From assembly GCA_028023455.1 (NCBI GenBank), contig JAQFVV010000007.1, forward strand, positions 14,880,001 to 14,944,000: a DNA stretch of 64,000 bases, in the 5' to 3' direction. Source of the stretch: Epiperipatus broadwayi (Eukaryota > Animalia > Onychophora). Positions 39,130 through 54,299 of the stretch are shown here, piece after piece; position 1 is the first letter of the stretch, and each line of letters begins with the position of its first letter. The notes beneath the pieces are model-generated. The model worked only from the letters and a program-made list of their open reading frames with translations. It was not told the origin of the DNA and did not search any database. Position numbers and translations under genes: made by a program.

Positions 39130-42012
39130 CGCCAGCCAAGGCAGCAGTTGGTGGGCAAAGGTGGAGAGTGCTAAGATTCCCCTGATTGTGGACCCAGACT
39201 GCCATTTAATGATGACTTTTTATTTAGGTACTTAGAACTATAGATCATTCACTTAAGAAAATTGCAAGAATTAGAAGAACTGTCTTATATTTAATGGGAC
39301 ATTATTGGACTTTTAGAAGAAAAGGAGAAGAGACAATTAATTTAAAAACTGGACATGTACTCTACTATAAAGGCACAAATATTGGAAATGCAAGTGGAAT
39401 AGGATTCATTATAAATAAAAAGTGGAAGAACAACTTTGGGAGATTGATGGAGTATCGGACAGAGAGGCAAGAGTAGTTATACAACTTAATAACAGATACC
39501 AAATGCAGATAATTCAGGTTTATGCCCCAACAAGTTCTCATAGTGTTGAAGTAATAAAAGATTTTTATATGGATGTACAAAAGGCTTTTGATCAGAGTAA
39601 ACAACATTTTAAAATTGTAATGGGAGACTTTAATGCTAGAATTGATAAACAAATGAAAGATGAAAAGTGCTGTAGGTAATTTTGGTTATGGTGACAGAAA
39701 TGAGAGAGGTCATAGACTTGTGGAGTTTGCAGAAAAAGAAAAACTTTATATTATGAATTCCTTTTTTGAAAAAAAATGTTAAAAGAAAATGGACATGGAA
39801 GCATCCAAATGAAGGTATGGCAGAATTGGATTATATTTTGACTAACAAAAAATACATATTTCAAGATTGTAATGTTCTTAATAAATTTAACACAGGAAGT
39901 GATCATCGATTAGTAAAATGTAAGATATATGTTAATGCAAAATTAGAAAAACAAAAATTATTAAGAAAAACAATATTTACAGTTGATATTCCTACAGAAA
40001 CACTCTAATGAATTTAAATTAGAACTTACATATCGGTTTCAAGTATTAGTAGATTTTGAACGGGATTCAGATTTGAATGAAATTAATATGAAAATAACTG
40101 ATACACTTTTAAAAACTGCAACAAAGATAGTTGATAGAAAAAAGCAGCAATTGACCAATAAAATTTCTACTAAGACTAGAGAATTTATGAAGAAAAGAAT
40201 GAATATGAAGATATATAAAAATGATGTGGTAAAAAGGATTGAATGCCTTGAATTCTGTAAAATGGTGTGAAAAAGAGTTGAAAATGATATAAGAAAGTAA
40301 CTAGCAAGATAAGCTGTAGAAAAGAGTAAAATTCTCAAGAGTGTAATACAACATTTTGATATTGGTATGAAATTTATATCTGCAATAAGAAAAAAAGATG
40401 GCAATATTACTAAAAAGAGAGATGACATCATGAAATGGGTAGAAAACTTCTATCAAGAATTATATAGTAATAAAAAACAAGTACCTCCTATATCTATTAT
40501 ATCTTCTGAATTGCCCAGAATTTTAATGAAGAAGTGAGACATGCAATTAAGTTTATGAAGAAAGGAAAGGCTCCAGGTAATCATGGAATTATAATTGATA
40601 TATTAAAAAAAGTGGGTGAAGAAATAGAATTTTTCTTAGCAAAGTTATATACCAAATGTCTAAATGATAAAGATATACCAGATGATGGGAAGAATGTAGT
40701 ATTAATATTAATATTTTAAAAAGGTGATAAAAAATATTAGAAATTACAGACCTATCAGTCTTTTATCAGTTTTATACAAAATTTTACCAAGATAGTTACA
40801 ACTCTTCTACAGAGAACATTGAATTTCCACTAACCAAGAGAACAAGCTGGATTTAAAAGTGGTTTTAGTATTGTAGATCATATCCAGGTATTGAGAGAAA
40901 TTATAGAAAGGACAAATAAATATGAGTTGGCAATATGCTTTGCATTTGTAGATTATGAAAAGGTATTTGATTTTATAAACATTACTTCAGTGATTACAGC
41001 ATTGGATCATCAAGGTAAAGATACAGGATATTGTCATATTTCAAAGAATATTTATAAAAATGCAACAACAACAATTAGATTAAATAATGATATTAGGAAA
41101 GTCAACATTGAGAAGTGTCTAAGACAGGATGACTCCATATCTCCAAAACTTTTTACATCAGTATTGCAAGAAGTATTTTGTGGATTAAAATGGGAATCTA
41201 AAAGAGTGAGAGTAATTGGAGATTATTTAAGTCATTTAGATTTTGCAGATGGTATAGTTGTTTTTTGCAAATAATGCTTTACAGCTGCAGGAAATGTTGC
41301 AGGAGTTATCAGATAAAAGTAGGAAAGTAGGACTAAAGATAAATGTTAAAAAAACTGAAGTAATGTTCAATGGATTTTCTCAAAATATGAAAATAAAGAT
41401 TGATTATGATGAGTTAGAAGAAGTTAACAGCTACAGATATCTTGGTCAGATTATTAATACAGATGGAAACATAATAGATGAAATTAATCATAGAATTAAA
41501 CTTGGTTGGAGTGCTTTTGGTTGAAATAACTTGATACTAACAGGAAATATGCCTATGTGTTTGAAAAGAAAGTTTTTTACTAAATGTGTTTTACCAATTC
41601 TTACTTATGGATCTGAGACTAGGACATTTAATAGAAGAGCAATACAGAAACTTCAGATCACTCAAAAAAGTATGGAGAGATGCATGTTAGGAGTAACAAG
41701 AAGAGTTTGAAAACACAATATATGAGTGAGAGAACAAACAGATGTTACTGATCTCATTGAAAAAATTAAAAGACTGGAATAGGGCTGGACATATTCCTAG
41801 AAAAGGTAATAATAGATGGACAATTGAAATCTTCAACTGGATTCCAAGAGATTGTAAAAGACCTAGGAAGAGACCACATGAGAGATGGATTGATGAAATA
41901 AAAAAGTGTGCAGGGGTGATGTGAAGAAGGGAAGCTAAAGATTGGAGAAGATGGTTTGAACTTGGAAAGACCTTCATCCTGCAGTGAATTGATAATGGTT
42001 GATGATGATGAT
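39130..42012 (+). mobile_element. Near-full-length RTE-clade non-LTR retrotransposon (APE endonuclease + RT), inactivated by stops and frameshifts
   Basis: APE motifs IIQVYAPTS, IVMGDFNARI, ELDYIL, SDHRLV. RT motifs GKAPG, YRPISLLSVLYK, FVDYEKVFD, RQDDSISPKLF, LDFADGIV, YRYLGQ, WAGHI. Ends in (GAT)n at about 42001-42012. Confidence 0.95.
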
Positions 42013-44184
42013 TGTGAAATTACATTTTTTATTTAGAGATGGCAAAATTTTTTTAATGAGTTAGGAAGATATTAGGCATTTTCAGTTATTACATCATTTT
42101 TTACAATTCATCAAACTGTTATGTTAAGCTACAACTTTCATTTCCTGTTTTGTACTAACAGTGTAGTAAATCCCTCCATAACACATATTTCTTTTATAAA
42201 TATTCCCAGATTCATTATAATATAAGTAAGCATTACCATTTTTAATTAAGTTTTTTCTGAAAGCAAATGGAAATATGTTCCAAAATAATTAATTTAATTG
42301 TGAAAAAACATATTTCATGATGGCAACATGTTACAGTTACAGAGAATGTTGCAAGCAGGTTAATGAGGTATTATGCTTTACTAATCATTTTATAAATGAT
42401 CTATGTAATTCTCCACTGGCTGCCTGGTAATATCAGAATGATAGTTAAATTTTTTCCAAATGCCTCACAATGTAAATCTTCTTCTACAAAAATGACATCT
42501 ATGTTTTTGTTTTGAGGTCATCAAAATTAATCACTAATGGCATCCTAAAAAACCCAGTCCAAAAGTAATATTTGATGTTACTCTACATGAAAAAATCATA
42601 GGCTTTAATGTCTGGAAATTCTGCTGAACTACTGAATGCAAAATTACTCATATTGTGAAGTTGTTATTCTATAAATAATTGAGACTATAGATTTATGCAT
42701 TAGAAGAAGCATCTAGTGATAATCACTTGAATCTCTATGACATATCCTTTCAAATAATAAGTTTCATTCATAAGTACTTCATGGTTACAGAGATATTTAG
42801 CAATTTCAAATCAGATCCATCTGTCAGAAACTCCCTGTAGTTTTTCTTTCCAACATATCTATAAAATTTTGTACTTTATCATAATGTAAGTAAAGTGCAA
42901 ATTTAAAAGAATACTCTTAAACAGACAATCTTCATCATGTTATGGTAACATTTCTGCAATAACTTAGTTATCTTATTTAAACCAATAATTTCTGAATTGA
43001 AGCTCTCTTTAAACTAATGGTAATTTCATAAGGAACACTGGCTGGGAGTTTAGGCCTATGTCTATCAGTATGTGTTTATCATATGATTTACAAGAATATC
43101 ATTGCTGACACCATTGCAGTCTGTATGCTCTTCAAACTAATAACATTACCATGGTATTATGATAAGTATGCTGACCTTCAACAAACTGATAAATACCTGA
43201 TGGCATCAAAATAATTTTCTGAAACTATTAATCCAAAAACATAATCAGCTACTATTTCATTTCACAAGAAGGTTTACTAATAATATTTTTCTATAACTCC
43301 CTCACAAACTATATTTTAGAAACAAGATCCACTGGAACTTATCAATTTATATGAATATTGCCCCAGTGTGACAATATTTAACTGAAAGCACCTCCTGTAA
43401 AATCTCTGTTTGTCTTATATTTTGTGTCCTGTATATTATTTGCAAATTTTGATCATTTGCATATATTATAGTTTATGTCCATTGATTTTCAAGCTTGTTA
43501 CTTTCTAATTGTCTGAAAACAATAAGTGCTTTACCAATCAGCATTATTGGCCCTCTGTTTACCACAGCTGATCTGTAAACTACAAACAAGTCCTTTTCTT
43601 AAATATTGTTACAGATATTGAATGCCTTTGTCTTAAGATCATGATTAGGCACATTTGAATGTGATTAATATTAAACTATAATGTTTAACGATCTGGTAGG
43701 GCAAATGTTCCACATGGGTATGTGATGTTACTATGCATCTAAAACAAATTGCTTATCAAACTAATTTTTACAAGTGAGATGAAAAGCATTTGTGTCTTGA
43801 CATCATATTAGTGTTGCAATTGTTTTGTAAAGCTAATTATTATAGACTGATTAGTTAATATTAAAAACAATTATTTGTATTCATGTTTTTGTTATTTGAA
43901 AATACATTTTTTTTATTGTTTATACTTTTATACATCTTTGTTTAATAATTCTTAGATTATAATTAAACATATATAAAAAATCCTGATTATATTTATATAA
44001 TTATAATAAATGTATAGTTGTAGTGTTTTTAATTTTTTAGATATTACAACACACAGAGTTAATGAATGTACCTCTGACACATGTGATCTATGATCTATTT
44101 TTTTCCACAACCTTTGCAGAATAATTTATTTTATAAAATATAATACTCCTAATTGTCCTTACTAAAGACCATCCCTAACTCTCT

Positions 44185-44405
44185 ATACTCTAGTGCCACC
44201 CAGTGCAAGCCTTAGTAATCAATGAATGAAAGAAGGTTTGTGCTGATCCTAAGATCTTGGTGCAATTCTCTCAGATACATGGCTCCTCACTGATGAAAGC
44301 CACAAGCTAAAACTAATCTGGAAATATTGAATGAATAGGCACCAGATACAGATTTTATGCACAAACTTTTTTGCTCTGTATGGCACTGCTATATGGAAAG
44401 TTTGC
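44185..44405 (+). mobile_element. Family C copy with decayed HHR (44286-44322)
   Basis: CTCA-CTGATGA-AAGCCACAAGCT-AAAA-CTAA-TC-TGGA, followed by the family 3' arm. Confidence 0.65.
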
Positions 44406-45829
44406 TACTGTTAATAATTAGAAAATGGTGATCATGTGACATTTATATTTATTATATTGTTTTTTTTATCAGTGTAACTCTCATCTCAACTCCCCCATAT
44501 TACATTCATGCACTACCCCAGAAATTCTGACTATTCTCTCTATGCTTTCAATTTATAAACAACTTTCAATCATCAGATGATATAGAGATATCAAATACCT
44601 GAGTCCTTATGTCTGTGTTGATAGCTTGGTATGTTTTCATTACACTGCTCATTGATAGGCTATGAACTGATTTTTATCATTTTTAACACCTTATGGAAAG
44701 CTAAATATTCATTTCACTGCAGAGACGTTTTCATGTTTTTATTTGGTTTTTATCAGTGCACTACAATAAGATGTTAAGAGTGGATAAAATCCCATCTTTA
44801 CATCACATAAGAGTGTTGTAATAAAAAATATTGTAATTCTAACACAAACATGGAGATTTAAGTGCTTAATATCTTCATCTCACTGATAAGTGAAGTTATT
44901 TATTAATTATGTGCATAGTGAGACAAGACAAACAGAGTTTGTGTCTTCAAATGATAGTATTATGGTACAGTTGAGATATATCCACAAAAGCAAAAAAAAT
45001 TGAAACTATATAAAATACATTCCTAAATATAAACCTTTGTATCAGAGAAAAAAATCACATAAGCTACATATTTAAAGAGAAATAAAAATAAGCATACCTA
45101 ACTATAGTAAGGCAAAGTAGGAGTAATCATGAGTCATTATCTGGTCCATCAGTGGTGGAATCTCACTTTATTGCAATCATGTTTTAATTTTTATCTTTAT
45201 TACAGCAACATTCTTCTAATAAATTTAGATTAACTTTTAACTGCTTCTTAAAAATATAAGAATATCCATTGACTAACCACTATTGGGTGATTATCTGGGT
45301 ATCTATGCATAACTACCTAAAAGAGAAATCCTAAATCTGGATGTGCTGATCACTTATGAATATATGACCTAATAAAATAGGTTTGTGATGTTTTATTGCA
45401 CTTGTATATGTGTTTCAAACTTAGGTAATGTTTGAAGACACCTTGGGGAAATAACAAATGTCTAACCTTGCTTATGACAGCTTACAATATTCTATGTCAG
45501 CTTAGCTAGTTTTTAATGTTCTATGAATATGCACTTAGCTATCTTTAAGCAACACCACAGTTTCCATGATAATCAAATAGTCAAATGAATATTGATGAAA
45601 TAACTTTAAGACAATTTTAATCTAATACAGCTTTCATTATTGATATGAGAGGTGTCATATATCTATGGGTTAAACCAGGTGTAAGTTTTATTTCTTTGCT
45701 ATATATTGCAACTTAAAAATTGTAGTGTTAAAATGCTTAATCTATATTGTATTAATACTGAAAAAAGGATTCAATGCAAATATTTAATCTTTTAATAAAA
45801 ACCCGTCATTAATGACTTTAATATTCCTT

Positions 45830-45927
45830 GAACTGTGAGGATTGAAGGAGCAGTAGAATGGATTTGCAAGATCCAATGGATTCTGCCCAGTTTTGACAGT
45901 ACTTGTGAACTTCTGTGCAATAAACCA
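45830..45927 (+). mobile_element. SINE-like copy
   Basis: Tail CTTGTGAACTTCTGTGCAATAAACC. Confidence 0.45.
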
Positions 45928-46367
45928 TTTATTTATTTTTTTATTTTAAATATTATTAGCTATTACACATTTATGAAAAGTCTATTAGTTACATTTCATT
46001 TTTTTTTTTAGACACATGCATAAAAAATGGGAAACTGATGACTATCAGATCTAAACCCAGCCTCAACACAAAACGTATGTGGGGGGGGGGGGAATATACT
46101 GAAAGGGAAAGATCTCTCCGTGTGCCACTCACAGGAGATTTATCTTTAGCAAAAAATATACATATATAAAATTATAAAATTATTTTACATATATATATAT
46201 TATTAATTTCAACATCACATAAATAACTTTTAACTCCACTTAAATAAGAGTGAATGGGCATTGATAAATGTCAAGTAAAATCGTATTTGCGACTTTATTA
46301 AAATGATTCATTATGAGTCGCCTATAAAATAATTCTGAGTAATGTATTTAGAATGAGAATGTTCTTT

Positions 46368-46831
<464 letters not shown>

Positions 46832-47299
46832 AAAAAGACAGGCAGACATGTTAAAGTTGTCTTTAGATAAATACAATAAAGCAATGATCTTTCCAAGAGT
46901 TCCCAATAGAGAACCTACCTTTGACAAAAACACATGTTAAAACAGTCTTAGAATATCCCACTACAGGGCAAGAATTCTTCCAAGAACTCTTATAAAAAAA
47001 AACAGCAAAAAATTAATGCATATTGATCAGGTTTGCTTATTTGTATGGATAAAAGTGTGATAATTTAATTCTTGTTTTACTTTCCAGCTAAGAGTAGTTG
47101 AATTGACAATGACTTAAAAGTAAAGTCAAAAATCGAAGGGGAGAGGAGGTTTTACTTAACCATACATAAACCTATAATAATTCATTTTTAAAATTATTAA
47201 ATGGCTTCCTTTCAATTAAGGTTATTTAAATGTTAGTTTAAATATGAATTTAAAACCATGTGGTAAAATGTGAAAAGAAGTAAGTTAGAAATAACAAGA

Positions 47300-47577
47300 A
47301 GGGATTTAAAATGGAATATATGGGTCAGAGATCAAACAGCATTACTGATATCATTGGGTGAACTTTTATAAATGAAATGAAGATGGACAGTTGAAATCTT
47401 AAATCAGATTCCAAGAGATTTTAAAAGCCCTAGAAATAAAGCATATGTGAGGTGTATAGATGAAATATATTGGTGTGAAGTGGGGAAGAATGGCAAGAGA
47501 TTGGAAAAACTGGATTGAACTTGAAAGTACCTTTTTTATGCAGTAGATTGATAATCATTAAAAATTATGATGATGAT
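47300..47577 (+). mobile_element. Degenerate RTE LINE 3' end
   Basis: Matches 41700-42012 (AGATGGACAGTTGAAATC, ATTCCAAGAGATT, TTGAACTTGAAAG, TGATGATGATAA). Confidence 0.75.
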
Positions 47578-48082
47578 AATATAATGTTTGCAAGATAAAA
47601 GATAAGGCCTTTTTTTCACTTGGCTAAAATAAAGAATGTGAAACATTTAAACTTTCAATATCAAAAGTATTCCACACTCTATATATGAATTTTTAAAAGA
47701 GTAATAAATAGTATCAAAAAACATCATCTACATAATGAAATAGTTTGGCTTCATCCTCTAAAAACTATGTGGGCATTAACATAGAGTATAATTTTGAACC
47801 ATAAAATATATAGTTGGTTAAGAAAACTTGATAATAATTGAAATACATACTTTAACAACTGTATCAGATATCTTTCAAAAAAATAATGAAGGAAATGTGG
47901 TCAAGTACTGTTGCATCTTTATGAGAGTTGTGGAATTAACAAATAAGCATTCTTTAATCAGTGAAGGAATTTATAAATAAATATAAAAGATATGTATTAA
48001 TAATTTTTATTAGTTATTCATTAGATTAGAGATTATCTATTTAATGAATAATATTCACTTCACCACTCTCTCGCAAGATAGA

Positions 48083-48417
48083 GACTGGTTTCTATCCACT
48101 TTTAACGCCTTGAGGAGGGATGCAATCATAAACATATGACTAATGACGTGAAAAAGATGTATGATCCCTAAGATCCATATTTTGTGCTGAATAAGCACTT
48201 AGTTGACCTAGATCATAATCTCTGACTCATATCCATATATATATACTGAACAATGATAAAGATATGCGTGAGACATTGTGATCTATGACAACTAATGTTG
48301 CTAACTCAGCAGGAAATGTGCATCTTGAATATCACACATCTTTTTCACATGTCTTTCATCATACATTTATGATTATCCCCTCCACGAGGTTTTTTAAAAA
48401 GTGGATGGAAACCAGTC
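48083..48417. mobile_element. MITE-like element with about 95-bp imperfect TIRs
   Basis: GACTGGTTTCTATCCACTTTT...GTGAAAAAGATGT versus ACATCTTTTTCAC...AAAAGTGGATGGAAACCAGTC. Confidence 0.7.
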
Positions 48418-49329
48418 CCAATATTATTTATTATGAATATATGTAGTTTAAAATTTATGTTAGTAATTATTTTTTAAATATATATAATTATTGTCGTTTT
48501 TTTTTATTAATAAAATTTTTATTTAAAATAATATATAAATAAACATTTAAAATGTATTATTATTTTTTTAAATTATGCGAGTTTTATTTCTGATTTCTGT
48601 ACAATACAAAAATGAATTATCTACTAACTGTTCTATAATCTGACTGTTAAGAATTTTATCTCATTATTAACTTAAGCGATTTTGCATTTCTGGTAAAAGT
48701 GGCTGAAAAACTCGTACTAAATTACAAAATATTCCATATAAATATTGTTTAAAAAAATGCCTGTCAAAGGATATCAAATTTCTTTTCAAGTTAATTCATC
48801 ATAATTGTCAGCTGGGTTTCGAGTTTCCTCTAATTCTCTACAAGTGACTTTGTGAATGTCCATGTTATCAAGATCAAGTTTCATGCCTAACCATGAGATG
48901 TAACTTGTGAACATGCATAAAACAGTGTGAGAACTGGGTGATTGACAAGTGAAACAATGAGGAAATAAAAAAAAAGATTGACATAGCAATTAAAGATCAA
49001 AAACATTTTTTTATGGAAAAAGGGTGAGTTTTGAAATATAAATTAAAGTAAAATCGCGCGTGCGCACACACACATGTATTTAGAAAAACCTATAGGCTTC
49101 ACAGATTAGCAGAAGCCATTGAATTCTACATCATTAATTAATGATTACTATTGTTTAATGATTCAATAAATTAACAAACGTTAATAATAAAATTTAAAAA
49201 AACTATCTATGGGAGAGGGGGTAATTTGAAAATTTTGAATAGTAATCACGCTTTTCAAAAATCAAATGGACAATTTTGCCTGGCTTTAAATTTAGAGCTG
49301 GAAAAAAGAATTGTGAAATGTTATTAGGA

Positions 49330-49720
49330 ACTTCATTTTCAATATCATTTCCAAACATTAGTTCATTGCAGGATGTAGCTCCGAGATTAACCAGTTTCCC
49401 GGACTATTGCTTATCTTCTTAATATCACGCCAACATAGTACTTATTTCATCCATGTATATTACACATTGTCAAAAGTCTTTTACAACCTCTTGGAATCCA
49501 ATTTAGAATTTCAATTACCATCTATTATCATTTCTTTGTAGATATCCATGCCATCAAATTTTAGTCTCTTAATTGAATAATGTCAATGATAAAGATTTAT
49601 TTTCTGACCCACATGTTTTATTTTTGATCTCTTCTTCTTATTTCTAGAGTACATTTCTCCATTCTTTATAAAATAGTCTAAGGTATCTGTATTGTTTTTC
49701 TATAGAGTGTTCAAGTCTCA
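49330..49720 (-). mobile_element. Degenerate RTE LINE 3' end
   Basis: TTCATTGCAGGATG...TCTTTTACAACCTCTTGGAATCCA is the reverse complement of the RTE 3' region. Confidence 0.7.
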
Positions 49721-50004
49721 TAAGTAACATGCTTTAAGTATTTAATTCAGTATGCTTGTCTCTGTCTGGAAACTTTTAAGTTCTATAGATCAATTCTCAG
49801 CCAACAGAAATTGATTTTTTTAAAAGAGCAGTCTGATATTGAATGAAATTGTTGCAGTCAAACTGCAATTTTGACACTTCAAAAATATGACTTTCTTAAA
49901 GAAAACTAACTGTTTACTATTTGTATAAATACATATATCAGAATCAGAAAAAAATACTTCGCATGATTACCATTCCCTATGCTTACACAAGCTGTTATAT
50001 CAGG

Positions 50005-50325
50005 GGTAAAACTTTCCATACAGTAGTACCAACCATGGCAAGCCAGAGTAATCAAGGGATGTAAGAAGGCTTGTGCATAAAATCTTTAGCTAGTACCTAT
50101 TCATTGAATGTACCCAGACTAGTACTGTAGTGCCACACAGTGTAAGCCATAGTAATTAATGGATGCAAGAAGGTTTGTGCAAAAAATTCCTATCTAGTGC
50201 CTTCTCATCCTAGATGGTGAAATAGTATGAGTAGGCACTAGATGGGGATTTGATGTACAGCCTTCTTGCATTCATTGATTACTCTGGTTTGCATTGGATG
50301 GTACTACTGTATGGAGATTTTTGCC
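50005..50325. mobile_element. Family C composite (two left arms plus one right arm)
   Basis: GGTAAAACTTTCCATACAGTAG ... CTACTGTATGGAGATTTTTGCC. The first arm ends at CCCAGACTAGT, the stem I/III region of the family HHR. Confidence 0.75.
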
Positions 50326-51269
50326 TATGTTAAAAAAATTACTTAGGAAGTTCCAAGTAATTCTTATGTGTATATACTTGTTTCCAGTAAGTAATATATT
50401 TTGGCTAATTAATAAATAAATGAGATAGAACTAAGATACCATCAAAAACCCTTTTTTTTGCATCTATTTGCAATTATTGTTTTAATTTACAAATTTTTGT
50501 TAATCTTAATTTCTAGATCTGTGCTCTGAAATATCACTTCTTAAGCATGTAGTCTTGATATGAAAATGTTTAAAACCAAAGAAATTCAAGAAGTAGCATA
50601 TTCTTTTATGAAATGTTAGTGCTTTCAGTTAGTGCTTTCAATTTGTGATATGTAGACCTGAGAATATTGAGAAGTGGATTGTATCATGTATTAATTCAAA
50701 ATTTTGTTTAATTAATAAAAGGAACTGTAATGTATACTAATAATGGGTGTTAACATTGTTTGAATACAATGAATTACAGGTTAGTACTCAAATTGAATTT
50801 ACAAAGATGTTTTTATAACAGTGATCTGAAAACTATCATAGACAACTTAGTGTAATTTTTTTTAAAAAATTGAATAAAATAAATTGACTTATTTATAAAT
50901 TATAACAATTCAAATTACTGGACAGGGTCCTCTAGATAACACAATATAAGCAAAAAAATAATTTGTGAATTTTGATATTGATGTGATTCTTATTTTTAGA
51001 ATTTTTTTAAAAAATAATTTCTGTATTTTTTACATTTTTATAATTTTATATTAAATTTTAAACATTTTTTTCTTATAAATATTAAATAATCAATATTTTT
51101 CAAACCTTAGTAAAACAAAGTTAGAGACTTGTAAGCCTATAGTGATTACAAATAATACACATTATCCCCTAATAATATTTACAATCAATATAAGAATTTA
51201 AACCACTAAACATTACATGATCACTGTTTCTTATGCTTGCTCATAACTGTTATTAAACAGGCAAAACTC

Positions 51270-51535
51270 TTCATACAGTAGAGCCGTTCAGTGCAATCCA
51301 GAGTAATCAATGGATGCCAGAAGGGTTGTGCATAAAAGTTCTATCTAGTGCCTACTCATCCAATATTTTAAGACTAGTTTCTACCATGTGTCTTTTATCA
51401 GTGAGGAGTCTTGGATCTGAAAGCAGTGCACCTAGATCTTATGATCTATTGCAACCCTCCAGCAGCCACCTTTTATCTCTACTTAACTACAAAACTATGA
51501 GAATGAAATTGAAAACAATATTTTTAATCCAAGAT
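51270..51535 (-). mobile_element. Family C monomer with decayed HHR (51368-51405)
   Basis: Minus strand CTCA-CTGATAA-AAGACACATGGTA-GAAA-CTAG-TC-TTAA. Confidence 0.7.
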
Positions 51536-51714
51536 CATTAGCTTATATAGTCATATAGGTCTGAACTCAGTTCAGCACCCATACATTTTGGTGTCTTTGG
51601 CTCTTTAACAACCATAGCCACCACTATCCTATTAGGCAGGATTGGTGTTAAACCACTAATTATCATATGATCACTGTTTCTTATGCTTGCTCTTAACTGT
51701 TATTAAACAGGCAA

Positions 51715-52090
51715 AACTCTCCATACAGTAGTGCCACTCAGTGCAAGCCAGAGTAATCAATGGATTCCAGAAGACTTGTGCATAAAAATCCCCATCTAAT
51801 GCCTACTCATCCAATATTCCCAGACTAATTTTTGGCTTATGGCCTTCATCAGTGAAGAGCCTTGGATTATTATTGTGTTTTCAATTTTATTCTCATAGTT
51901 TTGTAGTTAAGTAAAGATAAGGGTGGATGCTGGAGGGTTGCATTATATCCTAAGATCTAAGTGCAGTGCTCTCAGATCCATGGCTCCTCACTAATTGCCA
52001 TAAGCCAAAAAGTGGTCTGGGAATATTGGATGAGTAGGCATTAGATAGATTTTATGCCCAAGCCATCTGGAATCCATTGATCACTCTGGC
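51715..52090. mobile_element. Family C palindromic copy with HHR remnants in both arms (51819-51856 minus; 51987-52021 plus)
   Basis: About 150-bp near-perfect inverted arms. Minus strand TTCA-CTGATGA-AGGCCATAAGCC-AAAA-ATTAG-TC-TGGG. Confidence 0.8.
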
Positions 52091-54299
52091 TTGCACTGAG
52101 TGGCACTACTGTATGAACAATATAAGAATTTGCCACTAATTACAGTTAAGTAGTTCTTTCCAGTAGCAACCAGCATTTGGTGGAATGTAATGACTTCCTT
52201 CAATAAATGTAACACTTCCAACTATGTTGGTTTGCTTTTTGATGTGTTACCAGCAGAAAACTGGGCAGGCTTGATTATGCTTGCAAATAGTGGACAATGT
52301 CCTTTAATCTCACTGTAATGTTAAATCAATGAATTACTGTTCTGAACTTGATTCAGTAACACTTACAATTTTTCTCCTTCATATAGAGCTACTTTTTACA
52401 GCCAGCTCCTCTACCTCAGACTTACTGATCTTTTGCTCATCATGTCACTGGTTATTTCTTTATGTTATTGTAATTTTATTGGTTAACTGTATTGTATTAT
52501 GTCCAATCTAGACAGCTTTATATGTTAGAAAAGTCTTTTAATGACAAACAGCTTAGTCTATAACAATAATAAATTTCAATTTGATTATTTTTAAAATGTG
52601 TCTTAACATTTTGTGATTTTAAAACAAATTATTTCCAGATATCTGGCCTATAACTGAACTAAATTTTATTTATTGGATAGTATATCTCTCCAAATAAACA
52701 GAATCTCAACAACATTGATGCAATTTGGCCATCAGCTTTCCTTTACTTTCTAGAGCTACCTTTAGTGCTATTAGAAGTTTTGCATTATTTTTGACTGCAG
52801 GGACAAAAACTAAAATATATTGGCTTATTGGTTTAAAAGAAAATCTGAAGAAGTCAAAAGCATACAGAAATCTATTCTCAAAAAAAAACTTCACTGACAT
52901 AAACTCTGCCTACAAGATGTTGATTTTGCGTGAATAATTAATTGAACAACCCTATTATTTTATTGTTAGCCATGAACAAAAAAGTTGTAACTTTTATGTA
53001 GTTTTATTAAATATTTATAATTATTTTTACAAAATTCTTGTACAATAATTGTTTAAAAACAAAAGTACAGCGGTGTCATGATATCCTATATATTTTTCAA
53101 GCTATCCTTACCTAATCTTATATCATGCATAATAGTTTTTGTTTTCTTTATTGATAAAGTTGATTAGAATACAATATATATTATATATTGAACTGCAGGT
53201 ATATGGTACTTTCAACACACTTAACATAGATATATTTTATATGTATAATATGCATATACAAAGTAAAATTATAATATTGTACCAGTCAAAACTTGCTTAT
53301 CCATCTAACATGAGCTGGAACTCACAAAATGTATTTCAAACCCAGTCAAGCCTGAGATTTAGGTCAGGGACCAACCTGGATTCAAATCCACTCTCCAAAC
53401 TCCAGATCAAACACCTAATGGATAACATAACAATGATGGCATATGAGAATTAATTTTAAATCTGGCCCACTAGCAGAGCAGAGAAAACAATGAGACATCT
53501 ATCAACTATGACTTAACTAAAATATATACATGCATAACTGTATGTGTGGAAGTGGAGAAAAAGGAATTCAAACTACTCAAATAAGTTAGACAATAAAAAT
53601 ATAGTTTAATATAATGACAAATTATTAATTTACATATATGACTTAATTGTATACATTAGTATGTGTGTGAATGAGCAAGTGGTCTACCAATCGGTATATA
53701 ATTACATAATGTCATTCAAACCATTATTTCTCATATGCTCTTTTATTAGCTAAATAATATATTATAAATAAACACACATCTTTGGTAGATCCAATATTAA
53801 GATGCCAATCGATTATTAGAACGAATTCACGTAAAATTGCTATTAACACTTTTATATATGGTTCTGAAACATGGTGACTAACATTATTTTGGGGAGTGTT
53901 CTGGATTCATTACAGATATAATACAAACTATTTTCACGCCATTATGGTTGTGAAAAAAAATAAAATGCATTTGAAAACACATTTGATTATATGACAAAAT
54001 ACTTAATGAAACTTCTTTTAATTAGATCTGGTAAGAAAAACGCTTTATTTTCCCCAAGGCATATAGGTACTCTTAAATACAGAAATAAGTTACGACGGTG
54101 GGATTGTATAAGATTGAAATAAATTTAATTAATAAAACTAGTAATAGTTGGCATTTATATAAATTTTGAGCAGAGCACAATTTTAATATTATTACAGCAC
54201 TAAAATTAGGTCATAAGCAAAAGAAATAATAATAATAATAATAATACGAAGTTTGGGCAGTACTGAAATAATAGCCAAAAAATAACTAAGAGGAAATGA

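Noticed and set aside
42400-43650. Coding-like minus-strand stretch, possibly Helitron Rep (YFDA.RYLS)
   Set aside because: Only one short motif, and the neighbouring expected motifs were not found.
48786-48989. 67-aa minus-strand ORF as a terminal exon
   Set aside because: No recognisable domain or linked exons; cannot be supported without transcript data.
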